A DNA stretch of 64,000 nt from Salisapilia sapeloensis CBS 127946 (GCA_023334545.1 JAADVB010000004.1:62001-126000); one strand, 5' to 3'. Positions 44,810-56,297 are shown, counted from the first letter of the stretch. Notes: a model not told the origin generated them from the letters alone. Made by a program: numbers and translations.

Positions 44810-47206
44810 TTATACATTAAAGGAGCCACGTATGCCTCCCGTGAAGTCCACCATGATCGAGTCTCGCCCGACTGATTCGCCATTGCCATCGGACTCGCCA
44901 AAGATTACAAGATCCACAACATTCTTTCGAAACCGAGCTGCATACTCACTAGGATGCATGCAAGAGATACCATGTGGATCCTGCCACATTATATGCGTCT
45001 TTATCCAATGCTCAACCTTCTTCTGGAAGCTCCAAGGCGTCAGAATGTCGATGATACCCATGTACACGACGCAAACGTCACGAGAGTAGGATCCCTTGTC
45101 TTGACTATCTCGAGGCGACGCTAGCTCCTGATAAGTATCGTCACTTTCCTCATCTAAATATGCGTGATTGGTATCGCTCATCTCACGCAGCGCTCTCCAG
45201 ACAAAGGAACTGTTTTCTCGTGTTAGGCTCAGCTCTCGTCGACTCAGTCCGATCGCGAGACTGTAGTCCATCGATCGCACACTTTCAAGGAACACACTGT
45301 CATCTTGTAGCTGTTGACTCAATTGGTTGGCAGCGTCTAGCGGGACGCCAAGTCGACGCCAGGACCAGTCCATATCCTTGCCGATACCCAAATGCTCATG
45401 TCCCTTCCCATCTTCCATCGCTCTCGGACAGTGTTCCTTCGACATGCCGACGATAAAATCTTTGCCACAGTACTTGCACACTCGCTGGTCTCCTCGTTTC
45501 GCCGGAACGCGCGCACGTCCGACCCACGAGCCCTTTAGATCAAAGAACTCGTCGATGCAGATCTGTTGGTTCGTCAAGATGTTCGTAAAGACGATGAAAC
45601 ACACTCGATGGTGCTTTGTCACGATCTCATGACAGCCAACGTATCGACAGAGATACGTTTGTGGAAAGCGAGATAGATGGTCCGTGTACTGCGGCAAGAT
45701 CTGCAGCAGATAGTTGAGCTCTTGTTCAGAGCATGTCTTCAAGATGAAGCGCTGGTCGCCAGTGTAGTACATGAACGACCCACTTTTCCCAGCACTATAC
45801 CTCTCGTACGTATGCTCGTCAAAGGAGTATGAGTAGCTTTCGTCCGAGATGTTGGACATGCGTCGAATCTCTCGAAAATCTTCTGGCGCAAAGTCTCGAA
45901 ACAAAGCGGACGGTTCGCCGTCATGACCTTTGACATGAAAGCTCTTCACGTTCACGATGTTCTCTGTATTTTCACCTGAAAGTGGCCCAGCATACCAGCG
46001 AGAAGCAGGTGCTACATTCTTATGTATGACCTCATCGTACTCGGAATCATCATCTCGTACGGACAGTTGGGCTCCTTTCTGACATCCACGAGCAGCCAAC
46101 GCCAGCATTTGCTTCCGAAGCAGCCACGAAGCCTCGTGATAGCGCAAATATTGGTCCCAATCTCCATGCTTCCAGACACTCACCGCGCTCCATAGCTTGG
46201 CCACGAGTACCCATAGAAAAACAATATTAAACCCTAGCATGGCAAGGAGGAACCGACCGCAACATCGGATAGCTTTTTCCGTCGGCGAGTTCAATTCAAC
46301 GACCTTGGCTACTCGTATGTAGTACGGCTGTCCAATTAGACAAAGGTAGAGTAGACTGAAGACGAGGAACTTGAGCAAGGAAGAGTCGTACTCAAAGTTC
46401 TGGGCGATCCGACTTCCTTTTCGCAGGAGCTTCGTGCCGGCGATATGCCATACGAAGCTTGCACAAAAGCCCAAAATGACCGGGCCGGAGAAGAAGGCAA
46501 GATAGCCGAATAAATCGCCGACGGGGGCTCCAACCTCGTCTCGTCCGGGAAACTCGTACCAGCACAAGCCGTGACCAGCAATAGACTGTTTGTAGTCGAG
46601 GAGGTGACCGACGATGGCGGTCATGCCGGCGGGTACAATCCAAATGAAGATGTGTATGATAAGCGAGTACTTGTCGAAAGGTGAGAACGGGTGCTTGGCG
46701 GAGAAGTAGAAACGAAACGCAAGCGCGAAGATGTATAGCTGGAGGGCTTCGAATGCAACATGGGAAGCAAATGCATGGTGGCATGGGGTTCCTGCTTTTG
46801 CTGTGCCACAGATTAGGATGAGGAGGTGGAAAAGAGCACCTACACTGGCAACGCAGAGTACATAAGATGAATGCAGTCTACGCAACGCAGGGAAGACAAA
46901 GTAGATTGCGATAACTAGGATGAGCGCCAGGAAGGACAAGGCGTTGAGTACTAGTCCAATCGTTCCGGCGCCGTGAAACGGTGTCTCCAATTCGACAGAC
47001 TTCATGCGAATTTGGTAGTTGGTGGGAAAATGATCAAATTCCCTCCCGTGCACGTATGCCTTATCTTGCCTGCTTCCAGCACTAAGTTTCGAATACCTTT
47101 CACTGAACTTTTTCGCTCTTCCTTTGGTCGAAAGCGGGCAGTGAACAAAGTTCCGATGGTCGTACGTTGTGGAGAAAACGTGCCCACCGTACGTTGCGCT
47201 TCGATA
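44810..47206 (-). CDS. GPCR-PIPK fusion (7TM receptor plus phosphatidylinositol-4-phosphate 5-kinase domain)
   Basis: Seven hydrophobic helices in the N-terminal half (GLCW in an extracellular loop), then SAGKSGSFMYYTGDQRFILKT, FDLKGS, MDYSL, GIIDILTPW..KKVEH and HPSEYAARF. The frame is open upstream of the track's GTG to ~47206, so the true start lies in unresolved upstream exon(s). Confidence 0.92.
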   Translation of the reverse strand, partial: YRSATYGGHVFSTTYDHRNFVHCPLSTKGRAKKFSERYSKLSAGSRQDKAYVHGREFDHFPTNYQIRMKSVELETPFHGAGTIGLVLNALSFLALILVIAIYFVFPALRRLHSSYVLCVASVGALFHLLILICGTAKAGTPCHHAFASHVAFEALQLYIFALAFRFYFSAKHPFSPFDKYSLIIHIFIWIVPAGMTAIVGHLLDYKQSIAGHGLCWYEFPGRDEVGAPVGDLFGYLAFFSGPVILGFCASFVWHIAGTKLLRKGSRIAQNFEYDSSLLKFLVFSLLYLCLIGQPYYIRVAKVVELNSPTEKAIRCCGRFLLAMLGFNIVFLWVLVAKLWSAVSVWKHGDWDQYLRYHEASWLLRKQMLALAARGCQKGAQLSVRDDDSEYDEVIHKNVAPASRWYAGPLSGENTENIVNVKSFHVKGHDGEPSALFRDFAPEDFREIRRMSNISDESYSYSFDEHTYERYSAGKSGSFMYYTGDQRFILKTCSEQELNYLLQILPQYTDHLSRFPQTYLCRYVGCHEIVTKHHRVCFIVFTNILTNQQICIDEFFDLKGSWVGRARVPAKRGDQRVCKYCGKDFIVGMSKEHCPRAMEDGKGHEHLGIGKDMDWSWRRLGVPLDAANQLSQQLQDDSVFLESVRSMDYSLAIGLSRRELSLTRENSSFVWRALREMSDTNHAYLDEESDDTYQELASPRDSQDKGSYSRDVCVVYMGIIDILTPWSFQKKVEHWIKTHIMWQDPHGISCMHPSEYAARFRKNVVDLVIFGESDGNGESVGRDSIMVDFTGGIRGSFNV

Positions 47207-47686
47207 TTAGCTACGAACAGTAGATTTTTAGACGAATTGCTCGTATCTTTTGAGTTCTAACGAGTACAACTCGTTGGACAGTATCGACTAGAAGTACTGA
47301 AACCGCTGACACCCCGGACTTTTAAGTGAGCTGTCCAGTGATAGCTTCAAGTGCATCTGCCATGTTTCCCTCGGCATGATATTAATCCTTCGGGATCTGG
47401 CGCTATCTGACCACAATGGATTCGGTAAGATCTTCAATAGCTGTAGCCAGGTGTCAAATTTCGACTTATTCTTTTCTGGGCAATCTTTTATCTGGCAAGA
47501 CGCTTACGACAGTATCCAGCTACATCCTCTTCAGCCATCCATACCACTTGCTTTCCTCCGATATATTTAAAAGTTAAAAATTTAAAAAGCTAAGATGGTG
47601 TTTATTATATCTACTTGCGTTTCGATCTACAGACCATGGTAACTTGTTGCTGATCCAGTCTACATCCTTGTCAATACTTGCAATGC

Positions 47687-49504
47687 CTAGTTGCTACAGT
47701 CGAGATATTGCTCCATAAGCTCCTTCCATCCCGGAATAGCGATTTCTTCCCGCCCGTCCTGAACCGCGTCTATCGTTTCCCGACAAGGTACAGGACCGCC
47801 TGTCTGGAAAGTCTTTTCAAAGTCTGCTGTAAAATCATCGACTTTGGCGCGGCACTCTTCATAGAACATACACGTCATCTTCTCCACTTCCTTGAGCGCA
47901 CTATCAAAGTCCTCGACGCCAGCTTCCGTTAGCTCCGTCTGCATCTCCGTCGTCACGTTTCGAGCAATCGCCAGTGCTTCACGATACCAATCCGACTCAT
48001 CCGGGCCATCCACGATCACAGCTTCCACCAGTTGATTACCAGCGTCATCATCCAATCGACGAAAGCCTGTGACTCCATTTACTGAAATGGTACCGAAAGT
48101 GTTTCCAGTCGACGGAAAGCCACCAGCGGTAAAGGCATTTCCCGCAGGTGAAGGTGAGAAGCCACCAAAGCCAGCGCTTGTCTGCGGCGGATCTAGCGTC
48201 ATGCCTTTCGCACAATTCACATACAGCTCTGCAAAGATACCACTCATCTCGTAGTTGTAGCTGAACTCGCCAATGTCGCGGACATCCGAGTAGCTCATGT
48301 ACTGGGGAGGCAGACTAGCAAAGAACGGAGCCAAAGGATTCGACGGGTCGTGCACCGAGGATGGAAGCGAAAATTCACCACCAGTACGCATCAGAATGTC
48401 CGACTGAGGCAGCAACACGTTCGTGTCGGCTGCACCATTCTGCAGGGAAGTGCGTCGTTGGCAGGAGACGTACTGCCGAGGGTCGTTTAGCTTTTGCTGC
48501 AATGTCAGTCGGTCCGTGTTTCCGATCATGCATTTGTAGTAGATTGAGTGAAGCAAATCGACGCTGGCGTGGTGGGAGAAGAAGATGATGTCAGCAGGAG
48601 CTTCCAGCAAAGCCATGGCTCCTCCGAGGGAGTTGTGCATCGTGTTGTGAATGCCTTGCTCCAAGTTATTCGCCACTTCCTCGATTGTCGTCGCTGAAAA
48701 AAGCTGACGCATCAATGAACTGATACTCGTGGTCGGTGGGAAAGGAGTCGAAGTCCATGTTCCTCGAGGTACACAATGCGAGCACTGGTCAGGCGATAGA
48801 CGAGAGTCTTCGCAAAAGTGTGTCGATGGGCGCGTTTGAACACAAGTCCCTTGGACAGGGGTCCCGTTGATCGTCACAGAGCGCGGCCATCCAAGTGTCG
48901 AACCACCAATTTCACGAAGAATCGAAGAGCAGTCTTCCAGACTAGAACACTCGCCGTTAAGATAGCGAGCATTGTCACTGGCATAGTCAAAATATGGCAC
49001 GGTGATGCATGAAAATTCGCCTCCGTAGGAGCGCAGCATTTGCTCGAAGCCAAGCAAGAGCTGGCGGTGCCAGTAGACAAACATACAAGTTTGGTGTGCC
49101 TCCATAGTCGTCATCTGCTCAGTGTGTAGCTCCACGAATCGAATGTACAAGCCATCGTCCATGGATTTCTCCAACGCACGAAGGTAGACAGACTTTTCAA
49201 TTGGTGTCAGACGAGCCCACGACTTGCGAATGCGTGGGCCACAAGTAGATTCGGCGTTCGTTTGGTCCTGTTCGCTGGTGGCGTTGATAAAAGCCTGTTG
49301 CTCAAATGCGTAGCTCAATACTTCTTGTTGAAGCTGCTCGGACGTGAATGAAGCGATAGACGGAGCATCCGGAGCGTCCGATACTGGCGGTACATCCGTC
49401 AGTGTCGCTTCAGCAATTGCATCGGGAAAATCGCTTCCATCTTGAGCAAACGCTATGCTCATTATGAGCATAACCATGGTGACAAGCAGGTAGTAGATAT
49501 TCAT
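47687..49504 (-). CDS. Secreted tyrosinase-domain (type 3 di-copper) protein
   Basis: Signal peptide MNIYYLLVTMVMLIMSIAFA; CGPRIRKSW; CuA FVELH...EAH...MFVYWHR..VPYFDY; CuB GIHNTMHN...ADIIFFSHHASVD. Confidence 0.9.
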   Translation of the reverse strand: MNIYYLLVTMVMLIMSIAFAQDGSDFPDAIAEATLTDVPPVSDAPDAPSIASFTSEQLQQEVLSYAFEQQAFINATSEQDQTNAESTCGPRIRKSWARLTPIEKSVYLRALEKSMDDGLYIRFVELHTEQMTTMEAHQTCMFVYWHRQLLLGFEQMLRSYGGEFSCITVPYFDYASDNARYLNGECSSLEDCSSILREIGGSTLGWPRSVTINGTPVQGTCVQTRPSTHFCEDSRLSPDQCSHCVPRGTWTSTPFPPTTSISSLMRQLFSATTIEEVANNLEQGIHNTMHNSLGGAMALLEAPADIIFFSHHASVDLLHSIYYKCMIGNTDRLTLQQKLNDPRQYVSCQRRTSLQNGAADTNVLLPQSDILMRTGGEFSLPSSVHDPSNPLAPFFASLPPQYMSYSDVRDIGEFSYNYEMSGIFAELYVNCAKGMTLDPPQTSAGFGGFSPSPAGNAFTAGGFPSTGNTFGTISVNGVTGFRRLDDDAGNQLVEAVIVDGPDESDWYREALAIARNVTTEMQTELTEAGVEDFDSALKEVEKMTCMFYEECRAKVDDFTADFEKTFQTGGPVPCRETIDAVQDGREEIAIPGWKELMEQYLDCSN

Positions 49505-49936
49505 GGCGATGGAGTATGTAGAAGGGTACAAGCTCCGAGAAGTAGGTCGAAAGCAAAAGCTGTTATGAAGGTGCTGAGTGCTTAGCAGCATGCATCATGG
49601 TCAAGAAGGTCTGTTGATGGGCTCATAGAACCGCTGCTCCGTCTCGCTAAAGATCGACATGCAGTCAAGGTCGGTTGACATCTTTATTCCATCATTTGCA
49701 AGTCGACAAGTAGCATCTAGTCAACGCAAAGAGACTTGGCATCTGTCTCTTCCCCAAGTTCCCATCACGTCCTCCTCTGTCCATGCTTTCCTGCTCTTAT
49801 GTGAACGGCTTTTAATGATATTCTCCAATCAGGTCCTCCGAAAACAACATTTGCACCAATCCTGAATGCGTATTCTAACTACTGGAGGAGGCGCCTCTGC
49901 TCCTTTCCAACCACCACATTTTCAAACAGCTCGACG

Positions 49937-51517
49937 ATGGTAAGCTGTCTGCCTCTATCATGCATCACGTACATCTAATGTCATGTTTTATTCTAGGGAG
50001 TCAATCAGTTTGCTCTCTTCGAGTCAGCCTCCGGCTACGGCCTCTTTGAGATCGTCGAGTATGAACAAATCGGCGGTCTGCTCGCCGAAGTCCAGCAGGG
50101 CGTGAGCGACTTGAGCAAATTCGGCAGCCAAGTCAAGCTTAAGGCTTTCCAGCCATTCACGTCTGCTGAGAACGCTTTGGAGAACATTAACAATGTGTCG
50201 GAAGGTCTGCTTTCCGATGACCTGAAGACGTTTTTGGAAACGCACTTGCCCAAGAGCTCCAAGAAGAAGAGCAAGTACTCGCTCGGTGTCGCGGATAAGA
50301 CGCTCGCACAGGCTCTCGCGGATGACATGGACATTCCCGCCAACACGAACGAAACTACGTTGGAAATCTTGCGTGGTATTCGTATGCACTTCCCTAAGTT
50401 CGTGAAAGAGCTCGATCAGGCCAACAACCTCGGCAAAGCGCAGCTCGGTCTCGGCCACTCGTACTCGCGTGCCAAGGTCAAGTTCAACGTCAACCGTGCG
50501 GACAACATGATCATCCAGAGCATTGCCATCCTTGACCAGCTCGACAAGGATATTAACACCTTTGCCATGCGTGCGCGTGAGTGGTACTCGTGGCACTTCC
50601 CAGAGCTCATCAAGATCGTCTCGGACAACTACCTCTACGCTCGTTGCGCTGCCTTTATTAAGAATCGTAAGAACTTGTCGGAAGAGCACTTGGAAGAGCT
50701 CTCGTCCATCATTCTCGATGAAGACAAGGCTAGACAGGTGCTCAGCGCCGCTCGTACCAGTATGGGCATGGACATGTCAGACATTGACATGATCAACGTC
50801 GAGAACTTTACCGCTCGTCTTATCAGTCTGGCCGAATACCGCCAGCAATTGCACCAGTACCTCGTCTCCAAGATGTCTACGGTCGCCCCAAACCTCGCTG
50901 CCTTGATCGGCGAAACGGTTGGCGCTCGTCTCATCTCGCACGCCGGTTCCTTGACGAACTTGGCCAAGTGCCCTGCGTCGACGGTGCAGATCCTTGGTGC
51001 CGAGAAGGCACTCTTCCGAGCGTTGAAGACCAAGGGAAACACGCCCAAGTATGGTCTTCTCTTCCACTCGTCTTTCATCGGTCGCGCCGGTGCGAAGAAC
51101 AAGGGCCGTATCTCGCGTTACTTGGCCAACAAGTGTGCCATCGCGTCTCGTATCGATTCGTTCATTGATGAGCCGACTACTAAGTACGGTGACCAGATGA
51201 AGGAGCAGGTGGAAGAGCGCCTGGCGTTCTACGACTCGGGAGCCGCACCCCGAAAAAATGCTGACGTGATGCACTCTGTCGCGTCTTCTCTCCAGTCGCC
51301 AGAAGAGGCTGCTTTGAACGGTGAGAAGAAGAAGAGCAAGAAGAGCAAGAAGCGTGCCAAGGAAGAGGTAGAGGAAGAGGAAGAGGAGGAAGCGCCGAAG
51401 AAGAAGAGTAAGAAGAGCAAGAAGAGTAAGAAAGCAGAAGTAGAAGCGGAACCGGTAGACGACGGTGAGAAGAAGAAAAAGAAGAAGAAGAAGAAGAGCG
51501 CCAAGACGGACGCCTAG
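49937..51517 (+). CDS. NOP56: Box C/D snoRNP protein NOP56; ATG-only exon 1 plus a large exon 2
   Basis: ATG|GTAAGC intron 49940-49996, then [17 protein letters not shown]...[19 protein letters not shown]; [27 protein letters not shown]; [11 protein letters not shown]; [22 protein letters not shown]; KKE-rich tail. Confidence 0.96.
51320..51500 (+). repeat. AAG/GAA-rich low-complexity tract encoding the Lys/Glu tail of NOP56
   Basis: Repeated aagaagaagagcaag / gaagaggaagag units encoding [16 protein letters not shown] and KKKKKKKKK. Confidence 0.85.
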
Positions 51518-51693
51518 GTCTGTGTCGACGCTGCTAACGTTTGCTGCGAATGTACTTTTGATTTTTCGCTATCTTTTGTTTTGTCTTGTAGCTACGTGGG
51601 GTTTATCCAGGTAGAAATATTGACTTCTAGATGAAGCGTTGGATTTGAATAACGGACAAGTACATCCGACTAGTCACAAGTAGTTCCTTAGTA

Positions 51694-54288
51694 TTGAATA
51701 CGTCTCAGCAGTTTGACCGCATGATGGCATTTCCACAAGACTCGAGTATTTCTAAAGTCCCTGGCTTCTTCTCGACACACTCTGCTTTGCTAGCAAAGAA
51801 AAACTTTCGCAAGTCTCAACTACTACAGCAAATGTCCAACGGATATGAGAAGACCAGTACTATTCGTGACCTACCTCTTGCTGAACAAGTCCAGCATGAC
51901 AATCAGCCAAAAGTACCAGAACACCAATTAGGCGTTCAGAAAACTGAGAAGCAGACAAGCTTCCGTCCTCCTGTCTGGGTTACCCACGCGAACGACGTAC
52001 TGCGCTTCTTCGGATACTTTGAAACAAAGAACGATTACAATAGCATTCATGCCGACAATGTCGTGCGTAGAGTAGTGGTGTATTTCTACCTGGTGGATAA
52101 TACGATCTCAGTGACAGAGCCAAGAGTTCGGAATAGTGGTATGATGCAAGGAGCTTTTCTTCGACGTGGTGTGGTGTATCGACCAGAGGATAATCAACCG
52201 TATTCTCCAGAGCATTTACAAGTCGGAGGGTGTGTGCAACTCAATGGTCGGACTATACACTTGGTCGACTGCGACCACGCAACTCGAGCGTATTATCAGC
52301 AGAAAAAAGGAATTAAAATGCCTTCGCCTCTTGCGTATCCAGACGAGAGCCAGCATGAGGTAGGCAAATTGAAACCATCACAAGCCAAGATTACCAGACG
52401 ACGCGAAGCGATTCGACGCGCTGACCGTGCCCGCAAGTTTCATGAAAACAAGGGCAAAGTCCTCCGATTCTATGCGTCGTGGCATGATCGGCATCCTTGG
52501 TATCCAGAAACGAAGAATTACGTTCTTCATTACTACTTAGAAGATGATACGCTTGACATCGTTGAGGCGAAGACAAACAAGCGAATGGAAAGTGGGCGTG
52601 GTCATTTCTCACTCCTATCACAGCGGCGTCGGATTCAGCGTGATAAGGATACTACGAAAGAAACTGTGTCTAATGTAAAGAGCGACGCAAATGTACAAGA
52701 CGATGGTTATCTGAACGAACTAGACCTCGTATGCGGAAACTATGTGACAATTTGTTCGCGACGATTTTTACTGAATGACTGTGACAAGTTTACGAGGTCT
52801 TACTACTTAGAAACGCATGGAATTGACCAAAGTAGGCCTGAAACCCAAACAGATACATCATCAGCTCACCCACTTGCCTGGAAGATATTTAAGAAAGAAG
52901 ATGAGAATCAAGATGATGATCGTGCAAATGCTGTAAAGGGTTTGAGAGGAGACATCGGTTTGGATCGTTTAAAAGCACATTTAGAAGACTACCCATTCTA
53001 TAAAAGGGACGCGTTGGACCACAAAGAGCTTCGCTTTCGTGCAAAGTTCGCAGGTAGTTCATTGTCTGAGGTTGATAGAGAACGCAGGTTCCTTGTCAGC
53101 TATTATCTAGGAGATGACACAATGTCCATTTATGAGCCTGCTCTAGCTAATTCAGGAGTTGTCGGTGGGCAATTCCTTGGCAGAGGTCGGTATCGGAAAT
53201 CCAGGCCAAACGATCACTGCCGTGATAAACAGTCCAGCAGGTCATACATTGCCGAAGATATGTATGTTGGAGCAGTGATATGTTTTGACTTTCTACCGAG
53301 CCAAAAGCTACAAATTGTAGAAGCAGACCTACAAACTCTCGACTACTGCGAAATGCATCCAAAGCAGTTTCCGTATTCGAACATAGCTAAAGTGATGTAC
53401 ATCATCGTACAGTATATCCTCATGCACAAGGTGCAGAACATTCGCCGTCGATGCCGAAAACTAGATTACGATGGGAAAAAATCGTTTACATCTGCCCAGC
53501 TACAACTACTCCTGCTGGACATTGGAATACTAGAAACATTAAATGACCATCAATGCCTCACATTGCTTCGAGCTTTTCCCACGCATCCGCATGATCGCCA
53601 ATGTCAAGATCCGCTCTTTGATTATGAGCAGTTCTGTGATGCCATCGCGATGGACTATGCTTGTGAGCACGACACCTGTCCGCAACACACACACCTTCGG
53701 CATGAACTTGCTACAGTTAGGGGCTTACGTTGGCTTCTAGCGTCATCATGCAATGATGCCAACCAAAGCCTTCGCGGGAATGATATTGAGCACATTTTTG
53801 ACATGAATGGCATTGCTGTAGACGATGAAGCTAAGCGAGAGCTTCAAGACCTTGTAAATAGCTCTGGAGGCAAGGTTTCTAGTCAGCTATTGTGCGATTA
53901 CGTCCTTCTGTTACCATTCGACGATTTGACCAGTGACTTTGAAGAGTTAGCGTATCAATCGACAGAGAATTTCTCTTCAACTCCTGAGACTCTGAAGGCA
54001 TCAAAGGAGACAGAAGCGCAGGTGAAAATTCAAGAGCAAGCGAAACTGGAACGAGTGCGTAAAGTTCTTCAAGAGTATTTTTTCAATCGAAAGTATGAAC
54101 TACGTCGTGCATTGCGAAGGCAAGATAATGGCGGAAGTGGGCAAGTGTTCGAAGATGATTTCATGGCAGCCTTATCGTCCGTCGAACCAAACCTTCGTGA
54201 CGAAGATATGTTCATTATTGCTCAAACCTACTTTCCGACCAACAATTCAGTGTTGAACTACACTGATTTTCTTCAACATGCTTTCTGA
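51694..54288 (+). CDS. EFHC1/Rib72-like axonemal protein with three DM10 domains and C-terminal EF-hand-like regions
   Basis: DM10-1 VLRFFGYF..VRRVVVYFYLVDNTISVTEPRVRNSGMMQGAFLRR; DM10-2 VLRFYASW...YVLHYYLEDDTLDIVE; DM10-3 LRFRAKF..RRFLVSYYLGDDTMSIYEP..NSGVVGGQFL; DNGGSGQV near the end. Confidence 0.85.
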   Translation: MNTSQQFDRMMAFPQDSSISKVPGFFSTHSALLAKKNFRKSQLLQQMSNGYEKTSTIRDLPLAEQVQHDNQPKVPEHQLGVQKTEKQTSFRPPVWVTHANDVLRFFGYFETKNDYNSIHADNVVRRVVVYFYLVDNTISVTEPRVRNSGMMQGAFLRRGVVYRPEDNQPYSPEHLQVGGCVQLNGRTIHLVDCDHATRAYYQQKKGIKMPSPLAYPDESQHEVGKLKPSQAKITRRREAIRRADRARKFHENKGKVLRFYASWHDRHPWYPETKNYVLHYYLEDDTLDIVEAKTNKRMESGRGHFSLLSQRRRIQRDKDTTKETVSNVKSDANVQDDGYLNELDLVCGNYVTICSRRFLLNDCDKFTRSYYLETHGIDQSRPETQTDTSSAHPLAWKIFKKEDENQDDDRANAVKGLRGDIGLDRLKAHLEDYPFYKRDALDHKELRFRAKFAGSSLSEVDRERRFLVSYYLGDDTMSIYEPALANSGVVGGQFLGRGRYRKSRPNDHCRDKQSSRSYIAEDMYVGAVICFDFLPSQKLQIVEADLQTLDYCEMHPKQFPYSNIAKVMYIIVQYILMHKVQNIRRRCRKLDYDGKKSFTSAQLQLLLLDIGILETLNDHQCLTLLRAFPTHPHDRQCQDPLFDYEQFCDAIAMDYACEHDTCPQHTHLRHELATVRGLRWLLASSCNDANQSLRGNDIEHIFDMNGIAVDDEAKRELQDLVNSSGGKVSSQLLCDYVLLLPFDDLTSDFEELAYQSTENFSSTPETLKASKETEAQVKIQEQAKLERVRKVLQEYFFNRKYELRRALRRQDNGGSGQVFEDDFMAALSSVEPNLRDEDMFIIAQTYFPTNNSVLNYTDFLQHAF

Positions 54289-54299
54289 CAAGAAAGAAA

Positions 54300-56094
54300 C
54301 TACGTGAGCTCTGCATTCTCAACGCTTTGGGCCCAAGCTGGAGCTGGAGCTTTGTATACTTGACCAGCAATCTATAGGAGATAGTCAGTCCAGTGCAATA
54401 CAAGCCCCACTTTAGCTAATTTTACCTTGTACTCAAAGGCGTGGAGCCATATTCGACTGCAATGCAGTTGCGTCTCGTTAAAAGCGTCATTGTCGCCAAT
54501 GCGGCACCAAGCACACGTTCGTTTCATGAACTCTTCCTCCGTCTCACCTTCCTTTTGCGCAACAGCATAGTCCACACCATTGCCATCATTCTCCTTCACA
54601 ACTCGGCTTTCCTCTTGCTTTAGTTTTGCTTGTTTAATGAGTTCTTTTCTATCATCGCTTTCGCCTAGGTGTAGTTCACCACCGTAGCACGGGTCATTTG
54701 CAATTGGATACCCAATTAACTGAAGGTGAAGTCGAATCTGATGTGTTCGACCCGTGACAGGGTAGCATTTCACGACCGTAGTCGGTGTCGGGACTTGATC
54801 GGAAGGGCCAAGTACCGAAGATACTTGAACAACCGTCTCGGAAGCTTTTCCATCTTCATGACACTCCCAAATGCCACGTTTGGCGGAAAGGCAGCGCAGT
54901 GGACAATTAATCCGGATGCAATTCTCGTCTTCGAACGTAACTGTTGCGATGGAGCACGATCTATGGGCTGTAGCTATCACCTGCTCCTGGAATGGAGCAT
55001 CAAATGATTTAGGAATAGATCCTTTGGCGCGAGCAAGGTATGTCTTTGAAGCTTCATGCGCAGCTATATTTAGGTGTAAGGGTAATGCTATCAACAGAAG
55101 GCAGTGTATGTGTCTTACCTATAGCGAGTGAGAGCTCTTTTGCTTTGGTCGAGTTCTTGGCAAATACGACAATTCCTGTATGAAAGTTAATCAAGGCTTG
55201 TCAGACGGAGGCCGATGAATACTGTACCTGATGTAAGCCTATCAATGCGATGGACAATATGCAGTTGACCAACATTAAAGCGCTTGTGCTGCATGATTGC
55301 ATGCAACGAATTCTGGTGATAGGCACCTGAAGCATGTGTTGGGATGGATGGAGGCTTCGATACGACCATCTATAGACATTTACGCCGAATCAAACATATG
55401 CGTGTGGCGACTAGTTCAGATGATGACGTACTACATCGTCATCTTCGTAGACAACTGGGATTTCTTCTCCTGAGACTGGAGGTTCGTGACGATGCGTCTA
55501 AACATGTAATATGTCAAAATTGCACCGCGGTTCAGTATTGACAGTATGACACTGAACCTTGTGAATAAGCAAATCTCCATTTTGAATCTTGGTGTTCGGA
55601 GAAACGACTTGGTGATTGACTGTGATTCGCCCAGACTTGATTGCAAATTCCTGCCGTAAAGATGCCAAGTCAGTGATATGTCGAGCATACTTGTAGTGTC
55701 AAAAATATTTACATAATACTCGGGTGACTGGGCCCCAAATTCAGTCGTAAAAATTTCAAAGAGCTCTCTTTGGAACCAACGCTGTTTGGCAAACGTGCGA
55801 AACTCGTAGATGTACGGCTTTACCACGCGATAACCTAGATCCACAGTAGCATTTCATGTAAAAACCTGTTTCTTGTTGCTAGTGACAAAGGGACGGACCA
55901 TGCTGGAAGTGGTATTCGGGAGTTGGTGTCTGATACTCTCGTATTTGCTTCGTATCGCACTTGCGGCGCTTTTTACGCTCACGTCGAGACTCTTTCGACC
56001 CATTTGCTCGTTCATGCTTTTTAGGCACTTCTTTGGTTTCGACAAAAGTATCTGCAGCAGCAAGACCGTCTTTCGCACCATCCTGAGTCGCCAT
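54300..56094 (-). CDS. RluA-family RNA pseudouridine synthase (RPUSD2-like); multi-exon
   Basis: YRVVKPYIYEFRTFAKQRW, VVSKPPSIPTH, catalytic HRIDRLTSG, KTYLARAKG, CYPVTGRTHQIRLHLQLIGYPIANDPCYG, IWLHAFEY|..APAPAW. Final exon after the intron at ~54426-54371, stop at 54302-54300. Confidence 0.92.
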
Positions 56095-56297
56095 CCTATT
56101 GCTTTGGTATTTCGTGTCCAAGAGATTGTGCTGTCTCTTACTAGTTATCATCTACAGTACGTTTCGCTAGGTTACCAGTAGCTGTGCTAGTACAGTTGTC
56201 GGTCGCTGTACCTCTCGTCACGCAAAAATCTCTAAAGTGAGGATAGACGACAGACTACATTGCTACGGATGAAATGGAAATGTTGCTTCTATTTGTT

